Source: Octopus sinensis
Lineage: Eukaryota
NCBI RefSeq assembly: GCF_006345805.1
Contig: NC_043005.1
Span: 103,850,001-103,914,000, forward strand
Direction: 5' to 3'
DNA: 64,000 nt
Below are positions 11,565 through 26,358 of the stretch, piece after piece; position 1 is the first letter of the stretch; each line of letters opens with the position of its first letter. The translations under genes were made by a program, and so were the position numbers. The notes beneath the pieces are model-generated. The model had not been told where the DNA came from. It ran no database searches and saw only the letters and a list, made by a program, of their open reading frames with translations.

Positions 11565-12206
11565 GATATCTGTATATATATATATATATATAAAGATATA
11601 GATATGTTTAAGGCATGTGTTCATATATATGTGTTCATATATACATATAAGACATGTGTTCATATATATTTATCGAAACGCACTCAGGTATACAACATAT
11701 ATACACCACACATATACAACTTATATACCAATGCAACTTCCTAATGTCATCTAAATTCTAACGAAAACTTTATTTCTAGGGTGGGGAAAAGCTTTTTCGT
11801 TTACCGAAGAGCAAATAGCTTGAATACAATAAATGCAATCATATACTGTTACACATTGACAATGTAAAAATGTGGGCTTATATATACAGGTCTATATATC
11901 TACTGATTCATATATTATATTAAATTATATTATATTATATTATATTATATTATATTATATTAATTATATCATTATATTTATATTATTATATTATATTATA
12001 TTATTATATTATATTATATTATATATTATATTATATATTATATTATTATTATAATATATCATAGAATAGATATATAGAATAATAAAATTTGAAAAATTTT
12101 ACTCTTAGAGTGAACGTAACTACAATGCAATGAAGCTTACATAGCACATTGTATACCTTAAGTACTGTCTAAAAATCTCATATATGTGTGTGTGTGTGAA
12201 TGTATG

Positions 12207-12267
<61 letters not shown>

Positions 12268-12365
12268 TATAGGGAAAGTTTACGAAAAAAACACAAAAGA
12301 CGAGACACAGGTGGTGTACAAAACAAACAGATGTATTAGTATAACGCTCAGGAATAGGAAAAGTC

Positions 12366-12400
12366 TTTTACGTTTCGAGCCTACGCTCTTCTACAGAAAA
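12366..12400 (-). ncRNA. Degenerate minimal type I hammerhead-like motif (Penelope-type terminus)
   Basis: Minus strand: TTTT-CTGTAGA-A-GAGC-GTAG-GCTC-GAAACGT-A-AAAG. The core has A6>U; 4-bp stem II; palindromic ACGT stem III. Confidence 0.5.
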
Positions 12401-12917
12401 GGACGCAGAAAAAACAAGGAGAGGAAAAATGTGTGTAGTGGCTAACGATCTATCATGGCGATATATATATATATATTATATAGAGGCTACTATTATTCAT
12501 AGGTACCGCACGCTAGGAGGGACTCTTGCAGTCAAAACTACTAAAATAAACAAATTTTACCGAATGCAAAACTTCAAAGCAAGTCACTTAAAAAATAGAA
12601 TTTAGTTACATATCACCTGTGATTTCGCAATCAATGCAGAATATGCATTCTATGCTCTTCAGTGCAACGAACTCAAGACATGTAAGGAAAAACACAATAC
12701 AGCATACCCGACAGCCAACCGTAGAATTCGTCGTAGCATGTACGAATGTTTATCCTTACATATCTATGAAAATGGCGGGCTTATTCGCAATGCATTTCGG
12801 AATTTTATATATATATATATATATATTAGAAGAAATGAGGCACTCAGAAATCTGGATGGTTTTATGTTTACAGATATTTATTAGTATGTTACATGTTTTT
12901 ATACATCATATATCATA

Positions 12918-12957
12918 AATTAGCGCTTTCGTCCATTCTAGTGGAGTCATCAAATTG
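12918..12957 (-). ncRNA. Degenerate type I hammerhead-like motif
   Basis: Minus strand: AAT-TTGATGA-CTCCA-CTAGAA-TGGAC-GAAAGCGCT-A-ATT. Two changes from a canonical core (C3>U, G10.1>C); palindromic AGCGCT stem III. Confidence 0.5.
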
Positions 12958-13139
12958 ATCTAAGGTTTTGCAGGAATTTTGACTATTTTTATAGTATTAT
13001 TGAGTGTGTAGTGGTGGGGAGAGATATAAGATAGTACAAGAGGGTGATGAATGGGGAGAAAGTGAGAGAGAGCATGTGTGTATGTGTGTGTATATATCAA
13101 CACACACACAACACACACATGGTCTCTCTCACTTTCTGT

Positions 13140-13389
13140 GGCGTATGTGTTCCCCCCAGCTGGACGGGACGCCAGTCCATCGCACCGTTACTCAAGAAAC
13201 AAGAAGAGAGTGTGAGAGAAAGTTGGGGCGAAAGAGTACAACAGGGGTCGCCACCACCCCCTGCCGGAGCCTCGCGGAGGAGCTTTAGGTGTTTTCGCCC
13301 AATAAATATACACAACGCCCGGTCTGGGAATCGAATTCGCAATCCTCCGACTGCGAGTCCGCTGCCCTAACCACTGGGCCATTGCGCCT

Positions 13390-13392
<3 letters not shown>
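13140..13392 (-). mobile_element. SINE family B
   Basis: Minus strand head GGAGGCGCAATGGCCCAGTGGTTAGGGCAGCGGACTCGCAG...TTCGATTCCC and the 3' domain GCGATGGACTGGCGTCCCGTCCAG. Confidence 0.85.
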
Positions 13393-13433
<41 letters not shown>

Positions 13434-15930
13434 CCCATCATGGTTCTCGTACAATTACATGCTAATTAGTTTTATGATCTTTTAATGTAAAGTATTTGGT
13501 ATCTTTGTACAAAAATTATTTAAAAGATGCACATCGTCCTAATCATTACCAACAGCACTACCAAGACCAACATTATCATCATAATCCTCGTTAAGACCAT
13601 TATCTCCATCACCATCATCCCCACCACATTTACTTCAAGTATTTTTCAAACCAGTAGCATCACCATCGTCACCATCACCACCAATCATCATTTCCATCAT
13701 TAAATTTTGGCAATCACTTATCTCCACCAAATATGTGTAGTTTGTGGCAATGTTATGCTTTGTTACTCCGGCAGACCAATGCAGAAGTTTGGCAGAATCG
13801 TCAGAATGACAGCTAAATTGCCTAAGAACATTATTTAGTCCTTTAACGGCTTGAGTTCAAATTCCACTGAGATTGTTTTTTTTTTTTCGTTCTTCCGAAA
13901 TTCATAAATTAAATATAAATGAAGTACTTCGATTTATCGAATTTTTCCACCGCCAAAAATACTGTGCCCTTGTCTCTAAGTAAGGAATTATTGTTAATGC
14001 AGGACTCATTCTAGTAATATCATCTCACACAATTTACCATTTTGAAGGAGACAAGCTGTCTCTATCATTTACCCCGAGTTAGGAAGAATTCGCTAGAAAC
14101 TGGAATCAGGCATTGCAGATATGGCAGCAATTCGATTCCAATATAAATTCTATGCTATGACATTGGCTTTGCAAAAATAATGGTTCTTTCAATATAGGCG
14201 TCGGTTCTTGTTACGGCATGTGTTTCAGCGAACGACACTGGAATGGTTCATAATTCAAACAGAACTACTGTATCTACGGCTATGGTTATTGCTAGTCTAC
14301 GCATACGTACACGCTAAACGTACAAGTGTATGCATACATACAAGCAGACATACATACATACAAATATGCACATACACACACACACACATACTCACAAACA
14401 CACACACGCACATATATATACAAATGCGTATATATATGTATTATATATATACACATACATGCATAATATATATATACATATATATAACCATATATATACA
14501 TATAAACATGCATACATATACATACACATACGTGTATATATGTGTATGTATGTATGTATGAATGCATGCATGTATGTATGCTTGCATATATATACTTATA
14601 TGCATTGATATCGACAGACATATAAACATACATATTACATATACTTATATAAACACCTATATATACACATATCTGTGTGTGTGCGTGTCTATGTGTATAC
14701 ATACATACATACATACATACATACATAACTATATATATATATATTATATATAATATATATATATAATATAATATATATATATATATATTATATAATATAT
14801 ATATATATATATGATATATATATATATATATATAAATATATATGAATGCATGTATGTATGTATTTGTGTATGCATGTAAACATACACATAAATATGAAAA
14901 TTTGTCTGCGAATGTGCCCTATACGTCCGTGTTTATGATTGATGCAATAAGCACGAAACTGATCGATGATGTATGGATGGACAATTTGTATTAGTTTTGG
15001 AACCTGAGTAAGAAAACTGAAGACTTTTCTGGAATCTTGTTTGCTGGGAAGTTGCAAAATAAGAATGTTTAGATTTATTGATGTATCTATATATACTAAA
15101 ACATAGACGTATGTATATGTGGATAGTGTTTATGATTTATGGTAAGTATCTATTTAAATCTGTATTGAATGGTCTCATTAATATTTATTTCAATATTCCT
15201 TAACAGTAGAGCAGCCGGATTCACTGCTGAAGAATATTCTGCTAAACTTCAGATGGTTTTGTAAATCAGATCATATTTGGGAAAAAGGAAAAGAAAAGAA
15301 AATGGGAAAGGAAAAACAGGAGAGTAAGGTGTCTTAAATAAATATTTGAAGACAAAGCATCACTAGTTTATTGGATTTTTAGTATTCCTTACACCCTATT
15401 TCCAAAGAAACAGATAGATAGGTAGTGAGATAGACAGATCTAAAGTTTCCAGTGACGACAGAGTAATGCTCACACAACAGGAGGAACAGTAGTTCATATG
15501 ATGCAGCGTGGGTGAGTTACTAATCGTTAAAATGGAATAGTTTAACTATAAAATACGTTTGTTTATGCATTTTTAGAGAAAGAATATCTTTTGCTGATGT
15601 GGTTAGAATAAAATTAAAACTTGTCTAGTATTACTCTTCATACTTGCTAGGAAAAGGAAAACTAATATTAGATCCTGGTTTATATTGTTTCCATGTTTTT
15701 CACTGCAAAATTAACCCTACTTAGAATTTTAACGTTGAAATATTTCGAAAATATATAGAAACCATTACTTATATACTTTTATTGAGTATATTTATGTATA
15801 ATACGTTTCTCAAGACGTCCAAGGATTTTCTGTAGGGTTTTTAAACGTACAATTTATACTAGCATAGGTTCACGGATTTCCCCAGTTGAAAAAACACGTA
15901 CACATATACACACACTTTCAAAACTCATAG

Positions 15931-16198
15931 TTCCGGTATTACGGACATGTGATTAGATTGTCGCTGGAAAGAATCGCAGAGCGGATTCTTTAAGCTGAGT
16001 GAACCGGCCGGAAACCCAGAGGTACACCAAGAATGTGATGGTTGGATAACATCCATAGTCTCCCTTGGTCATGTTTGGGAATCCAACAAGAAAGTCTAAT
16101 GGCGGTTGTCTCTTAAAGAACGCTTAGGGAGGAAATGCCCCCCAGGGGACTCTACTTCCATGACCCTCCCAGTAATAGTGGTTAAGGAAGGTGGTTTT

Positions 16199-16200
<2 letters not shown>
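15931..16200 (+). mobile_element. 3' end of an RTE-type LINE (degenerate)
   Basis: FRYYGHVIRLSLERIAERILKLSEPAG-(frameshift)-PRGTPRM*WLDNI matches the GHVxR...RPRGRPRxRWxDxI motif of RTE C-termini; runs directly into (TATC)n. Confidence 0.65.
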
Positions 16201-17741
<1,541 letters not shown>

Positions 17742-17763
17742 CTATTTATCTATCTATCTACCA

Positions 17764-17810
<47 letters not shown>

Positions 17811-17812
17811 AA

Positions 17813-18380
17813 TCTAAAGGATTGGAGACAAACACTTTCCTCTCTGGTCAATCTCTCATCAACTTCTTCAAGTATCACTTGAAGAGGAAAGTGAGAGTAG
17901 AGAGGCAAGTTTTGTCTAGTGAATGTTTTAAAAAAAGATGGGTGAATGTAGCAAGGATGGCACGTATGAATGAAGAAGCCACCTTGACTATGATTCTATG
18001 AACCATAAAAATTAATACAGAGAGTTGCTTATTTGCAAAAAAAAAAAAAAAAATATAACATGTGACTTCATTGACCGAGTTACCGTGGTCTTTTCCGTAG
18101 GCTTTTCTTTCCACGGGTAAAACCCTCATCTGTCCTCCCCTTTACACTTCATATTGACATTTCCTGTGGGTAACGATCCCTATTGATCATTTTTTTTTTC
18201 CTCTCCCCCTCTTTTTTTTTAACCCCCTTTTTTTTGTCCTCTTTCCCCTCCCTTTTACGATCCCTTTTGATCGAAACTCCCCCTTCCTTTTTTTTTTTTT
18301 TTTTAACCTTCAAAAGAAAAGCTCTACCTTGTAATTTGTTCTATCTGTGTGCAGCCCTTAGTCTAGCTAATAAAGAAACA
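17813..18380 (+). mobile_element. Tx1-like LINE, 5'-truncated copy B
   Basis: KGLETNTFLSGQSLINFFKYHLKRKVRVERQVLSSECFKKRWVNVARMARMNEEATLTMIL*, with the same 3' UTR and terminus. Confidence 0.9.
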
Positions 18381-18453
<73 letters not shown>

Positions 18454-20311
18454 GACTCACGAGCCATTATTGCGGAAGCTGGCAACCTTGAGAGGCATCC
18501 CGCGAGAACTGGGATGCGGGAACGAGCGTGTCTGTATACCGGAACGACGTCACCGTCATAGTGTCTAGCCACGAGCACATCGAGCAGGTCGGCGAGACAC
18601 ACTGAAAAACTACGAAGCGGTGACAGGAGCGAAAATCAACCGGGAAAAGTCAGTGGGCTTGCGACTAGGCACCCTGGAGAAGCAAGCCCATGCCGTCCAC
18701 CACCAGCGCCTCCGTCGTGGGACGCTGGACCGACGGCCCCGGTTGAGTTGCTCGGGTCTGGTTTGGTCCGGACCTCCAAATGGAGAAGAACTGGAACGAG
18801 ATAACGAGTAGGGTGGTCACTCTCGCCCGGCAATGGGCCGAGAGGAAAACTGTCCCTAAAAGGTCGAGCGGAGGTGGCGAACACGTACATCGCGTCCGTC
18901 ATCTACTACTACCGCCTGACCGTCGTACCTTGTCCCGACCCTACCATCACCAAACTACAACAACGCATCCTCTTTCGCTTCTTGTGGAAAGATGCGTCCC
19001 GATGGTCAGGCGATCCATTTGCTGTCAACACACCCGTTAAAAGGAGGCTGGGCATGCCGTGGTTGATGATGCGCAGACACGCGCTGAGACTGCGACATCT
19101 CTGGCTCTATGTAGACGACGGTGAACAGGTGTGGTCGCCGTTTGTGAGGCACACGCTTTCCGCAGCTCGTCTCCATGACCGAACTGCAGTCGTGGATCAA
19201 AAAGAGGCCGAGGAAGGGCGAATGGCACCGCGAGTGTCGCGTTGCTCTCAAGCAACTCTGCCTGTCCTGGGTCGACCTTGAGTGACTTCAACACAACTAA
19301 AGCATTCTATAGGAGTTTAGTGGAGGGGAGGTACGACGACGAGCTCGGGGCGAACCTGGACGTCGACGAGGAGTACCTGACCCGCCTGTTCAGGACGACT
19401 TTTCGGGGCCAGGGCCCATGGACAACTTCCAGAGATCCTGGCCTGGCAGTGCTACCGAGAAGCACTACCCGTTCGGGATAAGCTCTACAGACACGGCTCG
19501 AGAAACACGGGGCCGACCTGCCCGAGAGCGGTCAGAGCGACGAAACCGTTCTGCACGCACTCGTGCAGTGTCCAACAATTTCCGACCTGTGGGCTTATGT
19601 CGAACAACTGCTGTCACGTGTGGGACGAGTCGGTTTATCAGCTGAGTCTATCGTCAATATTGTCACGCCTCCTTCCTTCAAACGGGAAGGAAGAGCTATT
19701 TTCATCATCCTTGTGGCTATGGCGAAAGAATGTATCTGGTGGACGCGTCTGAAAGGATTGGAGACAAACACTTTCCTCTCTGGTCAATCTCTCATCAACT
19801 TCTTCAAGTATCACTTGAAAAGGAAAGTGAGAGTAGAGAGGCAAGTTTTGTCTAGCGAATGTTTTAAAAAAAGATGGGTGAATGTAGCAAGAATGGCATG
19901 TATGAATGACGAAGCCACCTTGAGCATGATCCTATGAACCCAGAAATTGAAAACAGAGAGTTTCTTATTCGCAAAAAAAAAAAATAAATAAATATAACAT
20001 GTGACTCCATTGACCGAGGTTACCGTGGTCTTTTCCGTAGGCTTTTCTTTCCACGGGTAAACCTCACCTGTCCTCCCCTTTACACTTCATAGACATTTCT
20101 GTGATAACGATCCCTATTGATCAATTTTTTTTTTTCCTCTCCCCCTTTTTTTTAACCCCTCTTTTTTTGTCCTCTTTCTCTCCTTTTACGATCCCTTTTG
20201 ATCGAAACTCCCCCTTCCTTTTTCTTTTTTTTTTTTAAACCTTCAAAAGAAAAGCTCTACCTTGTAATTTGTTCTATCTGTGTGCAGCCCTGTGTGGCTA
20301 ATAAAGAAACA
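18454..20311 (+). mobile_element. Tx1-like LINE, 5'-truncated copy C (RT C-terminal half plus zinc knuckle), frameshifted
   Basis: EPLLRKL...Y(A)DDVTVIVSS...YEAVTGAKINREKSVGLRLG...NTYIASVIYYRL...GGLGMP-like...DETVLHALVQCP: RT YADD region, the L1/Tx1 GAKINxxKS motif and part of the C-terminal CCHC. Confidence 0.92.
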
Positions 20312-20342
<31 letters not shown>

Positions 20343-20416
20343 ATATCTATCTATCTACCAATCTATTTATCTATCTATTAAATATGAATACACGTACGAA
20401 TATGTATATATAGAGT

Positions 20417-20973
20417 AAAGATTATTTCCCAACATAACATGGCAGTCCTGGTTTAGGATGAATGTTGCTGTAATTTTAGCCCCAGGAGACATCGTCTCCA
20501 GCTAGCTATACGACACAATCTGTGTCCTTATATTTTCGAACAAGGGAATCTAGCACCTCCACTCAGCTAGAAATAATATCTGTATATCGCGATTTCCGGG
20601 TTATTTCCCTTCATCAGCACAGAATAATTGTTCGGCTAGCGGTGACGCTGCCAAATTCTCGTTTGAAAGATATAGTTTCAAATGAAATATATAGTTTCAA
20701 AGTGATCAGTAACTAGTTATCCCTTTGAAAACTATATATTTCGAACGGGAATAGCCGAACAATTATTTTGTGCTGATGAAAGGAAATAACCCGGAGATCG
20801 CGATACACAGATATTGTTTTGAGCTGAGTGGGGGTGCTAGATTCCCTTGTTCGGAAATATAAGGATACAGATCGTTTCGTATAGCCAGCTGGAGACGATG
20901 TCCCCTGGTGCTAAAATTACAGCAACATTCATCCTAAACCAGGACTGCCATGTTATGTTGGGAAATAATCTTT
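20417..20973. mobile_element. Fold-back / MITE-like element with 222-bp inverted arms
   Basis: 20417-20638 is the reverse complement of 20752-20973, with about 15 substitutions counted by eye. The spacer has a further inverted pair (AAATATATAGTTTCAAAG / CTTTGAAAACTATATATTT). Confidence 0.9.
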
Positions 20974-21032
20974 TCTTCAAAGTACTGTTGCTGAATATCT
21001 CTCGTTGTGAGATTTACAAATAGTAATTTTCT

Positions 21033-21113
<81 letters not shown>

Positions 21114-21137
21114 AATATATATATATATATATATATA

Positions 21138-22336
21138 CAGACATGCAGGAAGTAAATAGACACCTTTAATTTTCAAAATTTCTGATCTAAGCGTCTTAAT
21201 ATGTTTTCACTGGTGTAGAATTTACAATGTAATTATTCTTTTTCATTCCAGGTGCCATTATATTAAACATTTGCGAAGAGTAACCTTGCCACGCACAAAA
21301 AATTCAGCAGAACTGTCAGATATTCAAAGAGGTTGTATTGGTGGGCAATCTAAAGCTGGTCTTAGCCAGCGAAAAATTGCCAAAAATCTTCAAATTCCTC
21401 TTGCTACTGTTAACAGAATTATAGTGCAAGGAAAAGAATTAACAGATTCTCGTCCCGGCCGTTTGAAGAGAATTGTGGAAAACGAATCGGGTTCGAAGGC
21501 TTCTGACATTGCAAAACAGCTAAAAGTTAGTCCAAGAATGTGTGTTACATATCTGCATAAGCTTAGGTATTAGAGAAAACCTCTCCTTCAACCAATTAAT
21601 ATCATGAAAAGTAAGAAATGGTCTAAGGTAATGTCAGAAATATGTCGTGCATTGTGGAATAGAGTGATTTCCTCAGATGAATCCAGATTCGCATTATTTT
21701 CAGACAGTGGACGTGTTTGGGTTTGGAGGCTCCCTAATCAAGAATTTGATTTGAAACAACTCCAACCAACTATGAAACATGGCGGTATCTCTGTAATGGT
21801 ATGAGGAACTGTCACTAGCAATGGTCGTTCTGAGCTGATCGAATGTGTTGGAACCATAAATTCTGAAAAATACATCGAAATACTTAAGCAATGAATACTT
21901 TCGATGTATTCACACGATAACATAAAAAAAGGAGTTTTAAGTGGGGCTCTATGCCACACAGCGAAAAGGAATCAACAATGGCTGACTGAAAATGGGGTCA
22001 AAAGGCTTCCTTGGCCGAGCCAATCTCCTGACATGAACCCAATTGAAAATCTTTGGAGCATACTAGATAGAGCTATACGGAAAACTCGACAGAAACCTAA
22101 ATCTAAAGATGAATTGTTTCGATTGTTGCATGAAAAGTGGGCAGAAATTCCACAAGAGACTATCACAAAGCTCATCAGTTCAATGCCGAAAGTTTCTGAA
22201 TTAAAAACAGCAAAGGAAATGTCAACTAAATACTAAAGTATGTAGTCCTACCTATCGATTACATTTCAGTTGTTCGCTTTGCGTATTAAATAAAAGGTTT
22301 TGAAAATTAAAGGTGACTTTACTTCCTGCATGTCTG
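21138..22336 (+). mobile_element. Tc1-family DNA transposon, complete ends, transposase pseudogenised (about 21286-22236)
   Basis: TA-flanked TIRs CAGACATGCAGGAAGTAAA...CACCTTTAATTTTCAAAA at both ends. Translation shows ELSDIQRG...SDESRF...[10 protein letters not shown]...WPSQSPDMNPIENLW, with in-frame stops and a lost second Asp. Confidence 0.95.
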
Positions 22337-24588
22337 TATATATATATATGTATGATGGATAAGTTGATAATATTTCCCGTCTATTCGTAGCTTATATTCA
22401 TGATCATATTGAATAAAGGCCTTTAGTTTATAATTTCATTTTAACTTTACTAGTTCCGTTCTGAAATTACAAACTTCAGTCGATATAATATACTTCAGTT
22501 GCTTGTTACGCTACAAGCTAGAAAGGACAGCTAGCGTTTTTAGAAATAAGATCCTCCTGGATACGAATAGTAAGTGAAAGCTAAACTAAGAACTAGACGA
22601 TAAAAAAAGAGAAGAAAATAATTCATGGGGTGCATACGGAATAGCGAGTATTCAAGCCGTAGCATTTCCATTTATTCTTAATGCGTTTTGGCAGATTTGA
22701 ACAGGATTATCTGATTGTGGTTGCTTTTAGTCATCGGAGAGCACCTCTCCTACCTCTGGACGATGTATGTTTGTACCGCATGCGTTTCACCTGTATAAGA
22801 GGACTTTGAGACACCGCAGTGTTTCGACACCCGTTAGCTTCCTTGTTAGTTCGTGCAATAGATTTTGGTTGGAAAATGAAGATACGAATAACATTTTTTT
22901 TTCACAAGTGGGTAAATTCGGAAACTAGACATAATTGGTGATTGCCAGCATAGGCAATATTTAGTTTTTATTCTTTAATGATAAAAAAATCAATATGTTT
23001 CTTCACTCTCTTCTTTTATCTGAAGATACCCTCAACAAGATTGCAAGTAACTTAAAATAAAACAAAATTCAAGAAAGCATTTAATAAGTTGGCAGCTACA
23101 AATGAAAAGCGAAGATGGTCCAAGAATTGTAAAACCATAAACGCAAAATTAAAAAACAATTATGACCATATTTATCAAGAAAACAAGAAGAAAGTAAAGT
23201 ATAGAAAGGCAACAGGTTTACGTCATTAGTAGAGGCTCTACAAGCAATGTTACCCTGGTGTCTTACAATACTATGCTATACTATAAGCATACTGCCTGAG
23301 ATGCACCAGCACATTACGAGAAGAAGGAAGAGTCACATCCTCTAGAGGTGAAGATAATTTTAATAAATCGAGAATTTATGTTGTATGGTATCTAATATAC
23401 CTGTATTTGTCTATGTTTTAATAAACGCCACTGACCACTGAATTATCTCTCTTAGCTCATTTTTGTTTAAATTATGTATATTACCTAGACCAGAAATGTA
23501 TTCTACTCTTTATCCTTAAGTTAATGGAGGCAGGGTTGAATAACGCCTGTGCTGATGACACTTATTGAAACAGAAACACATGACCATGACTTCTCTCTTA
23601 TAAGCCTGTATTTTCCCTTAATATCATGTCAGCTTTGGAACATTTTTGATTCTTGCCATTTGGTAAGTATGCTACATCCTCTTGAGGTGAAGATAAATAT
23701 AATAAATCAAGGATTTATGTTGTATGGTATTTGATATACCCATTATATGCCTATGTTTGAAGAAAGAAATTATTGGCATTAACAGATCTTACAAACAGGA
23801 CAAAGGTTGATAGTTAACAGAAATATTAGGTGCTTAATTTTTAATTTTAAGAGGCGATGCAAGAAAACTCATCAAAACAATATCTATGGAAGTATCTATA
23901 GAATAGAAGTAAAGAAGCAATGCCTAGGAAAAGAGGGAACGGTTGATGTTTAACAGCCAAAAACAGGTCCAACGATGTTAGAAACACTCTTTCGAACTTG
24001 CTGAAAGGGTGAATGTATACGAGTTAGCAGAGAAAGGAACCCGAATGAGACAATAGTTTTCCAGACGAGGGCGAATGAGAGATTTATAAAAATGAATAAA
24101 AAAAAAGAAAAAAACATTCGGGGGTAATTTATCTCCTACACTCTATTCAGGTTCGATTTCTACTTGTAGATTCATGCCCACTCTGGACCGAGACAGACAA
24201 CCAGTAGTTAAGTAGTTACAGAGCGATATCAGTCCTAGTTTCCAGTCCTCCACCCTCCCCTTACACGGTATCCAGGCAAAATGGTAAATAAATAAATAAA
24301 CAAATAAGAAAAATAACCCTTTCTACTATAAGCACCAGGCCTGAATTTTTTAGGGAAGGGAGTAGTGGATTACATCAACCTCAGTGTTTCACTGGTATTT
24401 TATTTATTGACCCTGAAAGGAAGCTTGGCGGCTTATATAATAGTAATAATAATGATAATAATAATAATAATAATATAATAATAATAATAATAATATAATA
24501 ATAATAATAATAATAAAAATAATAATAATAATAATATTTTCTACTCTAGACACAAAGCCCGAAATTTTGGGGGAAGGGGTCAGACGTT

Positions 24589-24639
<51 letters not shown>

Positions 24640-24733
24640 ACTACTTCTACTATCAACAACAATAATAATTATGCATCCACGAATACTATTGCACACTCAA
24701 TCTCACGTATTCATAGAAATGCACACGTTTAAC

Positions 24734-24826
24734 ATATACGGATTTATATATATATACGGATTTATATATATATACGGATTTATATATATATACGGATTTA
24801 TATATATATACGGATTTATATATATA
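24734..24826. repeat. 18-bp minisatellite (ATATACGGATTTATATAT) x5
   Basis: Direct reading; explains the IYGFIY repeat ORF. Confidence 0.9.
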
Positions 24827-25177
24827 TATAAACGCAGAAATGGTGCACATGCGGTAAGGCCTAAAATACATAGACAAACCTCATATTCGTACACACAAAT
24901 ATTAATATATGCACATATTGAAAACGTAATACTTACATACATACACATATACAAACAATCATGCACGAATACAGACAATATGCATAAGTTCATATATATA
25001 TATATGTATATATATATATAAACACTTTCATTCACTCATACTTATACGCATGTAGAAATTTTATTTTAGGCATGTACTCACATTAATACGCACATACATG
25101 GGTGTGCGTGTGTATATATATATGTGTGTTTGCGTGTGTGTATGAATATATATGTGTATGTACATATATGTGTATGA

Positions 25178-25229
<52 letters not shown>

Positions 25230-25933
25230 GCATATACACACATACGCGCACACATGCACACACACGCACGCATACACACACATGCATATATACTTATATA
25301 TATACACGCGCACACATGTACATACGATTCATACAGCAATACACACACAGATGCAGAACTACATAACTACACATATACATGCATGCATGTGTACATAAAA
25401 TATCCACAGAAGCTTACACACGATGAGAAGAAAGCCAGCCAAGCAGCCCGGTGATGAATACTAATGTGGCAACATTGAAACTTTAATTGAAATACACAAG
25501 CGGCCCCACACAAAATGGCGCCGCCGCAAACGGTGTGCAGTTTCTGATAACAATGATAATACTATCTGATTTCCCGTGAGTGACATATCTTGGCGCCGAT
25601 ATGGTGAAATCTGAGAGTTTACATAGTAGAGGCGATACTGTATTTTACTGGACACAGAAAGATGACATGGCCGCCATAGAGATGCTGGCAGAGAGAATGC
25701 TATTGGTGGCGATGGTGATGGCGGCGGCGTTGTTGTTGCTGCTGGTGGTGGTGGTGGTGGTTCTGTTGGTGTTTGTGGTGTTGGTGGCCAGATTTCTAGA
25801 TATGTATTGATACATTCGCATCTTTCCCTCTCTACCTTTCTTTTCTATTGATCTTCCTCTCACTCTGTGTTATGGGTGCGTGCACTCGCGTGTATGTGCG
25901 TGTGCTCATGTATGTAATATATGTAATATATAC

Positions 25934-25970
<37 letters not shown>

Positions 25971-26313
25971 ATGTCCGTGTGGATATTCTTATTGGTATAT
26001 ATGATGATATACGCCTACCTGCTTGTTATGTTGATATTTGAAAACACAAAACAGTATATGTAAATACAAACATGGAAGTAAATACACACTCTTGTATAAT
26101 TCAAATGTGCTTTGATTAAAACATACACACACACACACATACAAACATAAACTCACACGTAATCATTCAGATGCATGTGTACACGTATCTGTGTCTCATT
26201 GCATGCATATGCATGTATATGTGTATGTATCTATATATGTATGTACGTATGTATACATATACATGCATACATACATACATACATACATACATACATACAT
26301 ACATACATACACA

Positions 26314-26358
<45 letters not shown>

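Noticed and set aside
14186-14300. Possible exon after TATAG (GVGSCYGMCFSERHWNGS* or ASVLVTACVSANDT...)
   Set aside because: Short, frame ambiguous, no recognisable homology.
15206-15515. Acceptor-like TTCCTTAACAG and donor GTGAGT with short open frames
   Set aside because: Cannot be joined into a consistent exon; peptides unrecognised.
22690-22900. SYTGET on the minus strand, suggesting a GIY-YIG remnant
   Set aside because: One short motif without the flanking conserved residues.
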